A stretch of DNA of 64,000 nt from Ascidiella aspersa (Eukaryota). Numbering within the stretch: the stretch's first letter is position 1; each line of letters opens with the position of its first letter. The notes below the pieces were generated by a model. That model ran no database searches, had not been told where the DNA came from, and saw nothing but the letters and a program-made list of their open reading frames with translations. Both the position numbers and the translations under genes were made by a program. Of the stretch, positions 1 through 13,500 are shown one piece after another. The DNA is taken from positions 27,280,001 through 27,344,000 of the forward strand of contig OZ004609.1 in assembly GCA_963924565.1 (NCBI GenBank), in the 5' to 3' direction.

Positions 1-1528
1 GGAGGACCTTTGCAAAGGCTTGCAACATCACAATTTGGTTTACAAAATATTATCTAATGAAAAAAAGCACGTATCTTACCGGAGCCATGGGGATAAATGT
101 CAGAGCGATCTCGATCTCATAATAACGTGTTGAACATTGTGTAATTTAAATCCATTGTGATTACGCTAAACAAAATTACTGTCCCGTTAAGCTATACCCA
201 GACCTGCGCTCGCCCAAAATTATGTTGGTATATAAAACAAATTAGCTTTAATTTAGGATGACTGACAGTGCTATTTAGGTTCGTGTATTCGTTTAAGGCG
301 TAGAGCCAAAAGTATCGATTTAAAACAATAATAATTTTCATACTCAAAGAATTTTATGTCTGTGATCATTTTCTAGCCTTTGAGTTGGAATTTAGTCGCT
401 TAGAATAAATGCCCGTAAATAACCGGTGCACGGAGTGTTTTGGTTTAGTTTGTGATTTGGTAAAGTTGTTGCTCTTCTAAAAAATTCGGCACTTGGTTAG
501 GTGGCGCGAAACAAAATCTATCCCCGGGGGTCAAAATTAACGACGTAAGATGTCTGACAGTATAAAGCATTTACTTTAAATTAGCCGCTACGGGTATTTT
601 TCTACACAACTCGCATACGTTTAGATATAAACATTAAACAAACATCATTCTACACAAGGGGAAATACTCGTGCCGTTATTCATAATCCTTTTCGCAAACC
701 TGTTCTCCTGAGATTGGCGATGGCATGAAGGTTCCCTGCTAGTTTTCTGATCAGATAACACGACTTAAAAATCCACTAGATTGCTTACGTCAAGACTGCC
801 GCTAACCCTTGCGTCACTAGGTGGTGATTTTAGCTTTGGCCTCAGTTCAACCGCTTTACAGCGTGGCATACACCTTAATCATTAAAGCTGCACGATCCGG
901 GACAGGTGACAACCTAAGATTACAGTGCATTTTTTCTTTGGTCTATCGAGAATTAGAAAATTCCTAAACAACGTGCTTGCGGGGGTAATTTTTTTAAAAA
1001 GATCGATCTTTGATGCTGACAGCTGAGAACCTACAAATCCAGTTCCGGCAATCGCTAACGGTCTAAATTTAAACGAACATGCAAACGGACACACGGATTG
1101 CAAACCTTTGTATAAATTTAAAATACGTTAGCACGCTTAGATGATCGCACTTACTTGAATAGACGCTCTGTTTTATTGGTGTTCATATTTCGACGGGAAT
1201 ATACTTATAATACAATGCCACGAAAACGAATGCTAAGACGCTGAACAAAAATGTTGTCAGATTACATGCAATAAATGGCAATTCTACTCATAAATACGAA
1301 CCAGTGTATGTTCTGATTGAAAATAGGGGTCCTTCAGGTCTTTCGATTTAAAGTTCGAACCAAGGTGTCGAGTTCAAAGTTGCAATTCATCATAAACATG
1401 GGGCTATAGGATACGTGCAGCCGCACACGGCAAGCGGCTTTTAAAAAACAACACACAAATTGGCGCAAAGTTTGGCACGCGACTGTATTGCAAGCGGTCA
1501 AGGGCGGAAGTTGAAAGTTGGCGCCGCA

Positions 1529-4500
1529 TCACAAGAAGTCCTTGACGTACATGGTGCGGCGTATGGCGTTGGAAAAGCCCTCGTTGTATCTGAACCACAG
1601 ATCACTGTTTCCGATTCCGGGATCGCGGATTTTCACCTTCTTCGACTCATCTGCGGTTGCAAAGCACGCGTTAGGGCCGCGCCAATTGTTGTGTGCGAGC
1701 TACCGGTTGCGGTTTCGGCAAAGAGTCTTTCTCAAAACGGCGTTTTCGGCGTTTGGCGTGTTTCCACGCAAACAGCTATACATCAAAGCTTTTGCAGGCT
1801 TTCCACGCCTTTCGAAACAATGTTTAACGAAAGAGGCGGTAAACCGTTTTAAAAACCACTGCTCCGTCAGCAGGCAAACGTGAGAAAAAACACCCCGTTA
1901 AAACTCTAAACATGGCGTTGACTAGTGTTATTTTGTGTAAAAGAGGTTGGACTAGATGTTTTGCAAAAAATACTTCAGCGGTACACAGGGTATTTTCTGA
2001 GTAGATTGGCCTTCAATTAACAACAAGTTGTTTACCACTTTTCGCCAAGGTATGCAACACCTACACACAGGAAGTCCGGTTTTTAACTTAAGTGGCGTCA
2101 TCAAAACATGACGTCAAGAAACTCACAGGAAATGAAAGGTTAAACGTCACGGAATGATGAAATCAAGGTAGCGCGATGGCAATGTCACGATCACGGGATC
2201 ATGTCAACCAAGCCAAGAAAAAAAGCGGAAGAAATTGCACAGTAACGCGAGCAATTAAAGGCATCAGGTCAGTTTCTCCAAACGCAGGATATTGATTGGT
2301 ATGTTTACTGAGTCGTGCCGCCACGTGCTGACGTAAGCATAAAGCAGCGTGATGCAGCATATTTTGTGAAAGCCGCTGTGTTTACATTAAGTATGGGAGA
2401 ATTCCAGCGTGCTAGTATTAATACTAAATAGTCCAGAAAATGTCTATTATTAGGCCGAATACATGATTTTAAATGCACTTAATGTGGAACATTTATTTTA
2501 CTAAAATAGTACCGACAACTTGTTTTGGAAATAGACTTAACAATTCCCATTGGACTAACGTGATAAGCCATTATTTAAAATATTATCCTAGGCGTTGATT
2601 TCAGTGGCGTTCAACCTTTTGTGGCAGATGGCCCCCAGTAGGCTCTCAAACAATTTATGTCCCTGCTCACGTTACATAAAAATACGTCACAGAACGTCAC
2701 AGGGCCCCGAAGCCATAATGAAATCACCAACTAAAGTTAAACTGGTAACTAGAGTTAAAATACAAACGCTCGTGGCCCTCCAAGGACTGTATGTGCCCGT
2801 GTTATATACGACCAGTCGACCACTACCGTACTAAAAGAGGCTGCACGCTTCTTTGCGTACTTATCCAATTGCGGCAAGCTTTTAAAAGCGACAAAGTGGA
2901 TTTTGCCCAAACGAAAGTGGATTTCCATCGTTCTAAAAGCCAACAGGTCAGCGGCAAACAAAAAAAACGAAGCGCTGCTGCACCGACGAAAAAAAACGAG
3001 TCGGGTGAGACGGCGGAGAATCTATTTCAAACCGCCCGCACAAATTTGCGGTGTAAACAATTGCGCGACCGTGGGACAACCACCGGCGTTCGAGGAATCG
3101 TGGATTAACACTCTCCACAGCAAAGCGATGACGCAATTTAGCCTCGAGGTCCTGACTGCTGCTGTTCTTCTGTCGCAGACCAAGGAGCTAGAACGATTGA
3201 TGCCCATGCATGATTACACCACAGACCCTTTTGCAGCCGCCTGCCTATTATTAGGTAATTCTTGTTCCGTTCTGTACCCTTGGCCATTTCGCGAAGCTAC
3301 CGATGAGTGGGTTACCTGGTATATGCACAATCCGTAATATATTTTGGACGGTTTTACTATAAAGATAAAAAAAAAAACTGGTTATAATGGTGACGAATCA
3401 TCAATTTTTTTTACTGCCCCGCCCTTTCCCACCTAATAAAAAACTTTTCTCAATGCACTTTAAAAGTATGAGAATGTCAATTTTGTCAAATAAGTTTGCG
3501 ATCTGAGATTTTGCCAGAAAAGGAAAGCCAAGAAGAAAACAAGAACTCGCATAGGTTTTAACAGATTTTATTCTTTCATGTTTTTTTCTGTAAAAGTTTT
3601 ATGGATTTATGTCGAACATTTTGACGAAAAAGTTTTAAAAGTGCAATATGTACAATCTTCTCAACTACACAGGGTCCTTATATTGAACAGCATAAAAAAT
3701 CACCCAGTTAATTTTTTGGATTGTTTCTCCAAATTTGTCCTCAGTATTTTTACGCAGTTTGAAGCGCGACTGTCAGCGAGTCGTACTGAGCAACGTGAAA
3801 AGGTGGCTACTGCAAATGTCTCGCGTGAACCCTGTGCTTCGCTGTGTCGCGTTCGACCTATAGTTCACAAGCACGCACGACGCAAGGCTAACGAATCAAC
3901 ATTGAACGGAGCAATCCTTCCGACTATCTTATCGTGCACCGCATGTTAGCGGCAAACGCAAGTTTCTGGAGAGCTTGTTGTGGATTGAGGTCGGACCGAG
4001 CCGCGGGTTGGTGGCCCGGGTAGTGACGTCACAGTAAATGGCGCGGATGGTAGCGGGAGACTTGGCTGTGCGGTCACTTAGTATCTTATGTGTGATTTCA
4101 AATTCCATATCAAAACCTAAGGAAAAAAACTAACATATTTTATACTTTTTGCGAATCACTTGTTGGTAATGATGGAAATTCGAAGCTATGAAAGTGTAAT
4201 ATAAAGATGATGTTTAGTGAACCTTGTTGGAACGGAGTGGCATCCGCTGTAATACACTGTGTACTAAAGGTTGTTACCATGGATTACAAAAACAGGAAGT
4301 GTATTAAAAACATTAAATTTTACAATTACGGATGAGGTTTCTAATATTGCCAGCATAATTTTGCGTTTGTATGTATTTACAGCATAACGCTCAATGACTC
4401 AACGTTGGGAGGAAAGCACTGACCGTGTGATAGTTGAAGGGCGGGTCGGGACCTGCTGCATGTGTCGAACACATGTACGAGTGACGTAGCAACGCCTAAG

Positions 4501-7500
4501 CGCGGCATTCCATAAACAAGTCGTTTCATTAAACCCAATAAAAGCGGCGTATTTAAAGTGAAAACAAGGCACGAACCGGCGTTAAGCCAATGTTAACAGC
4601 GCAGCGGGCATATGCAACCGGGTGTAGGTACACGGAGGCGGAACATGAGGCGCTGGGCCGATTCACACGCGTTGTGGGGACTTGACTTGACAAGCATTAG
4701 GGCGATTAGTCGATGATCGGCGGCAAATCGTACAGCTACAACGCCCCTTGCTTTGGAAACCGCGCCCGTTGCTGATGCGCGGAATCGGACCGCAAGTCCA
4801 CGTACAAGTCGCTAATCGACAAGCGATCGATGTGTTAATCGCCGGTTTCAGGAGCAGTTTGAAAGCGAAATTCCGGAGGTGTTTCGGCGTGTAAAACGCT
4901 GTTGAACGCGGGGCCGCACCTGTCCTGCATCGGCGGGCGACAAAAGCGGATTAGGCCTCGTCAACAATGCCGAATGCCTATCGAAGTGACAGGCGATGGA
5001 CTGGCTTCAGTCGGTCACTTGGCACATCAAAAAGGCCCCGCGACCCACCTAGGCATTGTTGACGCTTGCGCATGCGGCGCTGACGCGCGACGGCCATTGT
5101 TACGTAATCGCATGAGTGGCTGGCCAACCACCGCAGCCAATCAGTGGTCACCAATTGTAGTTGGTTGTGCGCAGTCGCTGTACAAGTTTACATCGATCAG
5201 AGATCTCGCGACATCGATCAAATGGGCTCGTCGGTGATTTATAGGCGGGGTTCGAAAAATCGACAGGTACGCAATCGAGTGACGTCATCGAGTGACGTCA
5301 TCGCATGACGTTGTAACTGTTACGGCACGTCACACGAGAAGGTCGAGAGTGTTACTTTTATACGTACGGGGCTTGTTTATTGAAGGCCGTATTAACCCAT
5401 AATATAATATTAAAAGCCGTTATATGTAATCCGGCGACGAAATTTTGACAAAATTGAATTTCAAAGCCGATTTCGGCAACTTTACGAAAATAAGCGTTTT
5501 TTTGAAATAAACGTCAAAATCCGCATCCATAAGTGTATGTGAAGTTTTAAATAGAATCTGAAGAAATTTAAAACGCATTTCGTTGCGTTAAATTTGAAAT
5601 TATTGTGTCGGCTCTAAAACCTATTCATTCAACGTTACCCATGGTATCAACTATGTAAATTCGATGTGTCAAAATGATGACCAAATCAGGATTATGTTGG
5701 AATCTACAATTTAATTTCATAGCGTGCGTCACACAAGGGAAAGTCAGTTGAAACGTGACGGTCTCTCTATAGTAGCTTTAGGATTCCCCGCACAACGCCT
5801 TTCACATAAAGTAATGCAACAGTTTCGCTGAACAGATTTTGAAACCGCATTATAGTGACGTAAGGGTTTTTCCTTTGCCATTCATAACGTAGTTTTAATT
5901 TGGAATCCAACTGTGAAAATGGGTCGCTAAATTTGTGGCTCCTTCAAAGGCTTTCAATGCGGCGCCACTACCAAGTGATAAAGCGCGACCATACGTCGTC
6001 TTAAATAGACAATTCCATTGGTACTTGACTGCCGTGGCCTTTACTTGGACGGATTAAGTTAGCTGACCAATCCGAGTGGACACAAGTACTATCGGACAGT
6101 TATACAGGCATCAGGCGTCTCACGACACTTACTTTGTTTTTCGCTGTTCACGTGGATTTTCTTGATCTTGGTGAATCGGCTGAAGAAGTCAACGACCGGC
6201 TGGAAAAAACGGGACATAAAGGAAATTGTTAAACAGCAATAAAAAATGTGTATTGAGACAAAAATATATGCGCGAAAACGTCGTGTGGTAAAAACGAGTA
6301 ACACGGCGTTGCTGTTTTGGTTTCCTTACAACTTTTTTGGCATTTCGGACGACAACAAAAACCTCATTTAGAAATGGAAAAGTAAAATAAAATACGTTTG
6401 CCTGGCTTATTGAAAAAGAAATGATGATAGAGAGCTCTGACAAATCAAATCAAGGCTAGTTTACACTTTTAGGATTGCATTGCACCAGACAGTCGTAATA
6501 TTATATCACAAGATCGTGGTAAAAAATAAAACACACGAGTCGGGAGTGTTTTTGTGATAAAGGTAATGCTATTGTTTAACGTTCTGTGTGTACACATATC
6601 AACACTGTGTGTAAGAGTTGAATGTCGACGACCAAACAATAGGAAAGGAAAGCGACTAAAAGCAAATATTCTTTAGACTTTCCTGTTTTAGTCAAAGTCA
6701 GTCATTAATGAGTTCTAGTCATTTCAAAGAGAAATATGTTTCGCCACAAAACAAGGCATCATCTGTCTCTTGTGCAACTATAATCCAGATTCTATGCCTA
6801 ATTTTATGGCGAAATATATTTCTCTTTTAAATGACTAGAACCTATTAATGACTGACTTTGCCATACGACTGGAAAGTCTAAATCTAAATAATATTTGCTG
6901 CCATTTGAAGTCATTGTCCTTATTTACGTCGTAAGGGCGAGGATATATCTTCATATTTTACACATTCAGTTGGTCATCGATTACAAGCAATTGCATATTA
7001 ACCGACGAACATTTCGTAATGACAAGAAAAGGCTATAGGTACAAAGTCCACGCGACCTAAACGCATGGCTCGCAAAAAGAGTCACAATTGTCTGGGGAGA
7101 TTATTAGGGGGGAATAATCGGGAATTCCATATGCCACCCGTGTTGCGCCGTGTGTCGCCGTTAAAGCACAAAGGATTTCAGAGACGGTGTGAAATTTATT
7201 TTACGAGTTGAGTCAGAGCGCATTTGGTGGCCTCCTATTCGCGGCGTGCGCCTTTTTGTCGTAACAGCCTAAAATGGAAATTTACCGTGGCAAGTCTCTA
7301 ATATTTGACATCTATATAAGTTTTCCAAAATATTTATAACATCGTTGCAACGAAGTCGAATAATGTCATACAGAAAAATTAGCGCCTCAGTGCAATTCAA
7401 CTTAAGCGCTGATAGCACCTGCTTGTGCATTTTTGAGGGCCTAATAAACACAATGTAAGGTTTTAACGCTAGTTGCGAGTTCCTGATGATGAATGGAAAC

Positions 7501-10500
7501 TGTCAGACATAAGCCGCCTAAACTTGCCGCAACATGACAGTCGAGATATGGCTCGATGACAGACTCCCGTGTCTTGGGAGTGGCTTTAAAGTTAATAAAA
7601 AGTTTGACAGCAACAGATGTCAAAAACAGGCAGGCTTTTATGGCCTATACGGGTCTGCTTATCATCATTGGGTTCACAGTGGAACGATAATAATCCGCCA
7701 GCCCAAAACAAGCTGGTGTGCCCACAAGACTGCGAGGCGGTTACTATAAGTCGGTTTTTCGGGATAGAAGAATGTCTTAAGCAACATCGCGAGAGTTGCA
7801 AGGTCACTTTTCTGTATAAAAAGCAAGTCCTTTTTTTAACAATACGCCTCCTCAGCTTTTAGCCATTTGACTGGACCGCTTCAAAATTCGCAAAACAAAA
7901 TAGATTCGTTTCAAAAATGTCCTGCAGCCGGTCCGAGCCAGGTTAATTCTTCCTTGGACAGCCTTAAAGCTGGTAAGTAGTTACTAGTGACCTGTCCTAA
8001 TAGAGTAGTTATGCCACACAATTAAGGCATAAATCATAAATAAAATACAAAAATGGGGTAGTTTAGGTTAATAATACTTACCCTGGCACTATCAAAAAAC
8101 GAACGCTAACCATAATCCAAAAAATATGTCATGTATGTCTCATAAATACCATGAAAGCTTAGCACAAATCAATTTTAATGCCAACAAAAAGATATTCTTT
8201 CCTAACTTTATAAAGGCCCGTCTGCATTTCCTAGTATAAACCAAACCCCGTGTCTGTTACTTGCTATATTGTTTGAGTTGGATTTGAACTTTGAAATTTG
8301 CACTTCCGTTCATGGCTGAGTAAATTTACGACAGCAAATTAAAATGCACAGGCAGAATAACCTGATTGCATCCAATCTACTACTCGGTTTCAAGGCTAAA
8401 TAAGCAAACAAGATTTATAGCGGTTTATAGCCATACAAACCCGTCTGGAAGCCAAGTAAGAATCAGATGTGAACTGACACTACAACAGGGCATTCAAAAC
8501 TTACCTTTTCCGCAGGAAGCGTAACGGCGCTTATTGAAGCCTCGAGGCGCTGAAGGTGGCTCGGCATGGGTTTTTTCGAGTCGTCTTTTTTCTGGCTGGC
8601 AGAAATAGCCTCGGCGGTGGCTTCAGGTTTATGGGATCCCTGTTGAGAAAAATTAAACGTATCTCAAACACTAAAAGAAGGAATATATCAACTAGTCGTA
8701 GCAATTATCTAAACAAAAACTAATCTTAACAACATGGTGCATCTCTGCCGAATATTAACGTAGGATAAATATAAGCCATTTTTCAAACTGGATAAAGAAC
8801 GGATAAGTGATTTAACCTACATGCTGTTTAGTGTTTATATCACAATTAGGCTTCGATTGTTACAATCCTGAACAGACAACTATACCTCGACTACTCACTT
8901 TTAAACTGTAAAACAGGTTTATTTATTATAGCTATACCATTGCAAGCAATGCAAAAAAAGGGAAAAAATGTTTTTTTAGGGGGAGGATGATTTTTTTCAA
9001 AAATTTTCACCTAAATCTGAATTTTCAAATTGACGTATCACGGTCAATACTAAACCTAACATACGCTGATTTGGTTTGTGGTTGTTTTAGAAGCAACCTA
9101 ACAATTCCAGGGGGTCCCTACTAAAAATCGACAAAAAGTGTTTTTTTGAACAACCCTACTATACATCGTGTCAACCTGAGTATATGTTCGCGTGCTAGGC
9201 TCCGTACGCACACTTCGAAAGTGAGTCAGTCAATCGTCACACGTTATAGCAACAAAGATCACCTGAAACCTGCTGGTCATCAGGCGCTCGCTTCGTCTCA
9301 TCCGCTCGCTGTCCACCTCCTTGGCGATTATCTGCTTGGCGGCGTAAGAAAGCTGCCGTCGCGCAGCATTCCCCGGTTCCTCGAAGACACACACCTCCGA
9401 CATATCCCTGCCACATTTATATGGTTGTAGAAAAACATCAGCGGATCAAGTGGGAAACAGTACATTTTTTTGACTGACAAGCTTTTACTAATGAGTTGTG
9501 CCGAGCGGGAAACATACCATACCATGGCATACAGTAACACCATTAAGTTGACAAAATAATGATTAACGGCTAAACGCGAATCGAGTTCAAATACCCCCAA
9601 AGTGATACTCGTAAGGAATACGATTAGTCTTTTTTGCTTAACTCGTGTCAGTTACTCACTACTCATATAAACCATTGCTGCGTAAAACCAAAGAGTTCTT
9701 GATCTAGCGATCCTCGCAACGAGTCAAAAACTGTCAAAAACATGGGCCCAGATTTCATTGGTAAGTCTCTTGGTGCAATCGTTTATATAGGATAAAAGTG
9801 CAATGAATTAACATTTTTTTCTATATTGTGAACAGTCGATGAGCGTTGTTCGAATTTCGTTTGTTATGACATTACAGAAAACCACTGAGCAAAAATGACA
9901 GAAAGGGTGCCGCTAATTATTTCTGTTTTTTGTAGGGTGCATTTAGCCAAAAAGGCTGAGAACTACAACGATAGATTAAGTTTACAAGAACACTTTTATT
10001 GTGTGTGGCCTATTAAACTGAATTTGCATGGTATTTACGTTGGAAGCTTATTCGTCACATTGAACGGTAAGTCAAATTAAAATCAATTTTAATCAATTCA
10101 CACAAGCAATACAAAAATTGCTTTTATACTCGAAGATCGCTATTAAGTTAAGACACTGATCAAACCCTGGAAAACGCCCATTTGTAGCCACATGGCGTCA
10201 TTTAAATGACCAATAACCATACACCAGATGAAAGGATACTGGTTTGGAGCAAATGGAGTATTTGTATACAACAGTTAAACACACACAGGACCCCAATAGT
10301 TTCATGTAAAAATAAACATCAATATTCGCCAATTTTTTCTGCAGATGTAAAGTGGAACGTGGTGGGAGATTGGACGTGACATTACCCACGGAAAACTCGA
10401 AAACTGGTTTTTGACAAGGCAGCATTTGTTCAACGACTTGAGTCATGCCTGGTGCCTGAAAGCTTTTTTGACCACATCGATTTACACCCATTTAGCGCGC

Positions 10501-13500
10501 GTTATCTGGCATTGTATAAAACGGAATTGTTTCTCAAGGAACTGCGGGTGGTCGATTTCAAGTGTATGGGAACGCGTGGTTTGGGAGCAAAAACGCGTCA
10601 CAATATAAACTTCATAAGTGTGAAGCACACAAGGTTAGGGTTACGTTGTTTTATCGTCCAACAACTTGAAGTGCCTTACAATTCCGCAAAGACCATATAG
10701 AATGTTTGATCAGAGCCAAGTTCAATTTAAAAGTGTCCAAACAAAGTGAAACCGCGATAGCTTAACAAACCCGGGGGGTATCGTGATATTTGTTCTACAT
10801 TTCGAACAATGCAAAACATCCGTAGCTATTATAGGAACTGAACGAATAAGTGTAAACTGACGGTTCAAGCACGTAGCGGTATTGTCCCTCCGGGTCCCTC
10901 TCCTGCCTGTAGGTAAGGTTATAGGAGAGCATCGACTGAACCAAGTCGCTAAGCTGCTTCTTTTCAGCGCTACTGTACAACTGCATGTTGACCTAGAGTG
11001 AAAATGCAAAACAATATATAAAATGCAGTGTTGTAATCAAGTCATTTTTAAATTCCAGTCAATCTACAGCCAAATCGTTTCAAATGAATACCAAGTCCCA
11101 GTCAAAAATCACAAAGTCAAGTCGCAGTCAAGTCATAATTAGAGAAAGTCAACTTCAAGCCAAGTCCTGGTAATAAACATATAAGGTTAACATATAAACT
11201 CATCCGATTATATATATGAGCAATAACTCAAGTAAAAAAATCATACACGTAAAGCAATCAATTTTTTTTATGTGCAGCAATTAAGATTATAACTCCATTT
11301 TATCAACCCACGACATTTACCAAAAGACTTAAGTCAAGTCAAGTCATTTCGCTCAAAAGAGTTAAGTCAAGTCTTTGGTCATTACAATACTGATAAATGT
11401 AATAAATGTATGAAAAGTTGTATATCAAAGTGTGTCCCAAAGTTGAACCCAGGATCATTCGATTCGCTACATTTCCTAACCGAATATTGGAATGAAAAGT
11501 CGTTACGGTTTCAAAACTAAATAAAACCATGGTTTCCTGCATCATAATACCGCTTTAATACCACTAGCATGCAACTTTAAAAATGTCATTAAAAATTTAG
11601 CCATGCATGGCACAATATCGACTTTTTAATAGTAAAATGGCAAAAAAGCACAAGAAATACAAATTAGAATAGGAAAGCTCTTATGCAACTAGTGACTATT
11701 TTACTAAATGCACGGTTTAGCGTTTTTCATTCCTAAACATCTCGCTACGGCCACCTACCGGTCGCATTGACGGCGTCATTATGGCCAGCAGGTGGGGCAC
11801 GAGGTCGCAAATTGCCACGGAAGGTGAGGTGTAACATCGAGCGCTGGGAAGCATTTCCTGGTACAGCGATGTCAAAAGGTTTTCGCTCTTTTGCAGTTTC
11901 TGGCGATTCTGAGGAACGAAAAACGACAGTTGATTTGTAAAAAAAAAATTCGGTATAGAGTACGAATAGTTTTTAAAACCTAATAAGAGTAAAGACAAAA
12001 CTACTCAAAGCACGTACAAAATGTTTCAATTTGTTTTAGCCCCGAAACATTTGTTTCAATGGGGATTTCATTGAACCCGTATCGCAAACCAAATCGAACT
12101 CTTTTAAGCCTTGGCTTTAAACTGTTTTAAACGATAGCGGGCATTGGTAGCTGCTCAGTGATTTTCGCCCCATGGCAGGAACAAGATAAGTTTTAAAGCA
12201 CAATTCCCCGAAGATTAAACAATCAATGGCATGGAAATGAAGTTTGTTATAGAACCTGGAGGAAAAAATTGACCACCCTGCTGATGTAACGAGAATAACA
12301 ACAGTCATACATCAAGCATAGTAGCATACTGTTGCACTTACAACTTTGCAAAACTACTATTTTTATTGATCTCGTAGCGCCAAACAAATGAAACAAAAAA
12401 GTTTGCTTCATTTTTAACATTTTCTATAGACGGTAAAATAAGTTTCGTATTTAACTTACCAATACATAATACCCCATAGGTCCCTATGTACAATTATAAA
12501 ATATTATAAGATGGGAGAGAGAGCTTGACAGGGATTAGTAGAGCTATTTCAAAACAAAAAAACTGCAACTTTAAAATTTTCGCACCTCGTTGGCTGACTG
12601 CGGGAACTGTATGCGGGGAGGCTGGACGCAGGCGAAAAGCAGGTGGAAGACGACGAAGAGGTAAGGGACGTAACGCATGAGCACCCACTCCTGACGCACG
12701 CCCACCTCCTGGTTGATTCGGTCGTAGAGCAGCAGCCACTCGAATGCACTGCTCACCGTCTTCATGCCGAGGTCCTTGAACTTCATGGCGAGGAAGTTCT
12801 CGTACACGCCCTGTTGTTGTTGTTGTTGTTGCACAGGTTGTGAGTTAAACTTTTACAGTAGGGTCAGATGGACATTTTATTGCAATACCCGATATTTTAG
12901 ACTAAAAGTTTCGCGATCCGACCCAATACTAAATGACGTCACGAGCAATCAAGCAAAATAGATGAAATTGAAACTTTTAAAGGTATTTAAAAAAATCGCT
13001 TTTGTGTTGAGAAGCAGGTAAAATACTATTTTTCTTGATAAAATTTCTTGATAAAATTTCCTTTTAAGTTAGAAATCACTATGTTGGAAACAAAACATGG
13101 TTGGAACTCCTGTATTAATTTTGAATCTGATGGGAACCTATAACACTCTATTAACCGGCGAGTAGCGATACTACAACTTGGCAGCGGGTGTCGGCCTCGA
13201 GCCAATGTGATCGCACATCCCTATTTCACAGAGGCTTGAGATGTTTTTCTGTGGCAGCTTTTAAGCCAGTCTTTTACGTAACGTGGGACATAAAGAGTTA
13301 GGAAAACACAACGCTAGGTATGAAAACACGAAAATGGCTTAAAACGTTGGGCCAATAACGCAGCTGACATCCTTTTTTACTAATATTACCTAAACCTATT
13401 TGATTGTGTTTTATACGTCAATTAGCTATATTTTCAATGTTTAACCAACTACTTTTTTAGATTCTGTATCGGCGATGGTTACGTTTCAGAAGTGTTTCAA

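Noticed and set aside
1460-1883. Plus-strand ORFs of 121-130 aa
   Set aside because: Antisense shadows of the GC-rich last CHTF18 exon; no recognisable protein.
10198-10720. ORFs containing VVYKY (possible PLE endonuclease relic)
   Set aside because: A single short motif without YIG or EH support; too weak to call.
11030-11370. CRISPR-like spaced repeats
   Set aside because: Irregular 6-bp CAAGTC subterminal repeats of a MITE in eukaryotic DNA; no cas genes.
12571-12834. PolyQ N-terminus in the ORF track (MQQQQQQQG...)
   Set aside because: The CAA run is intronic; the exon starts at 12810 after CAG and joins exon 15 in phase 0.
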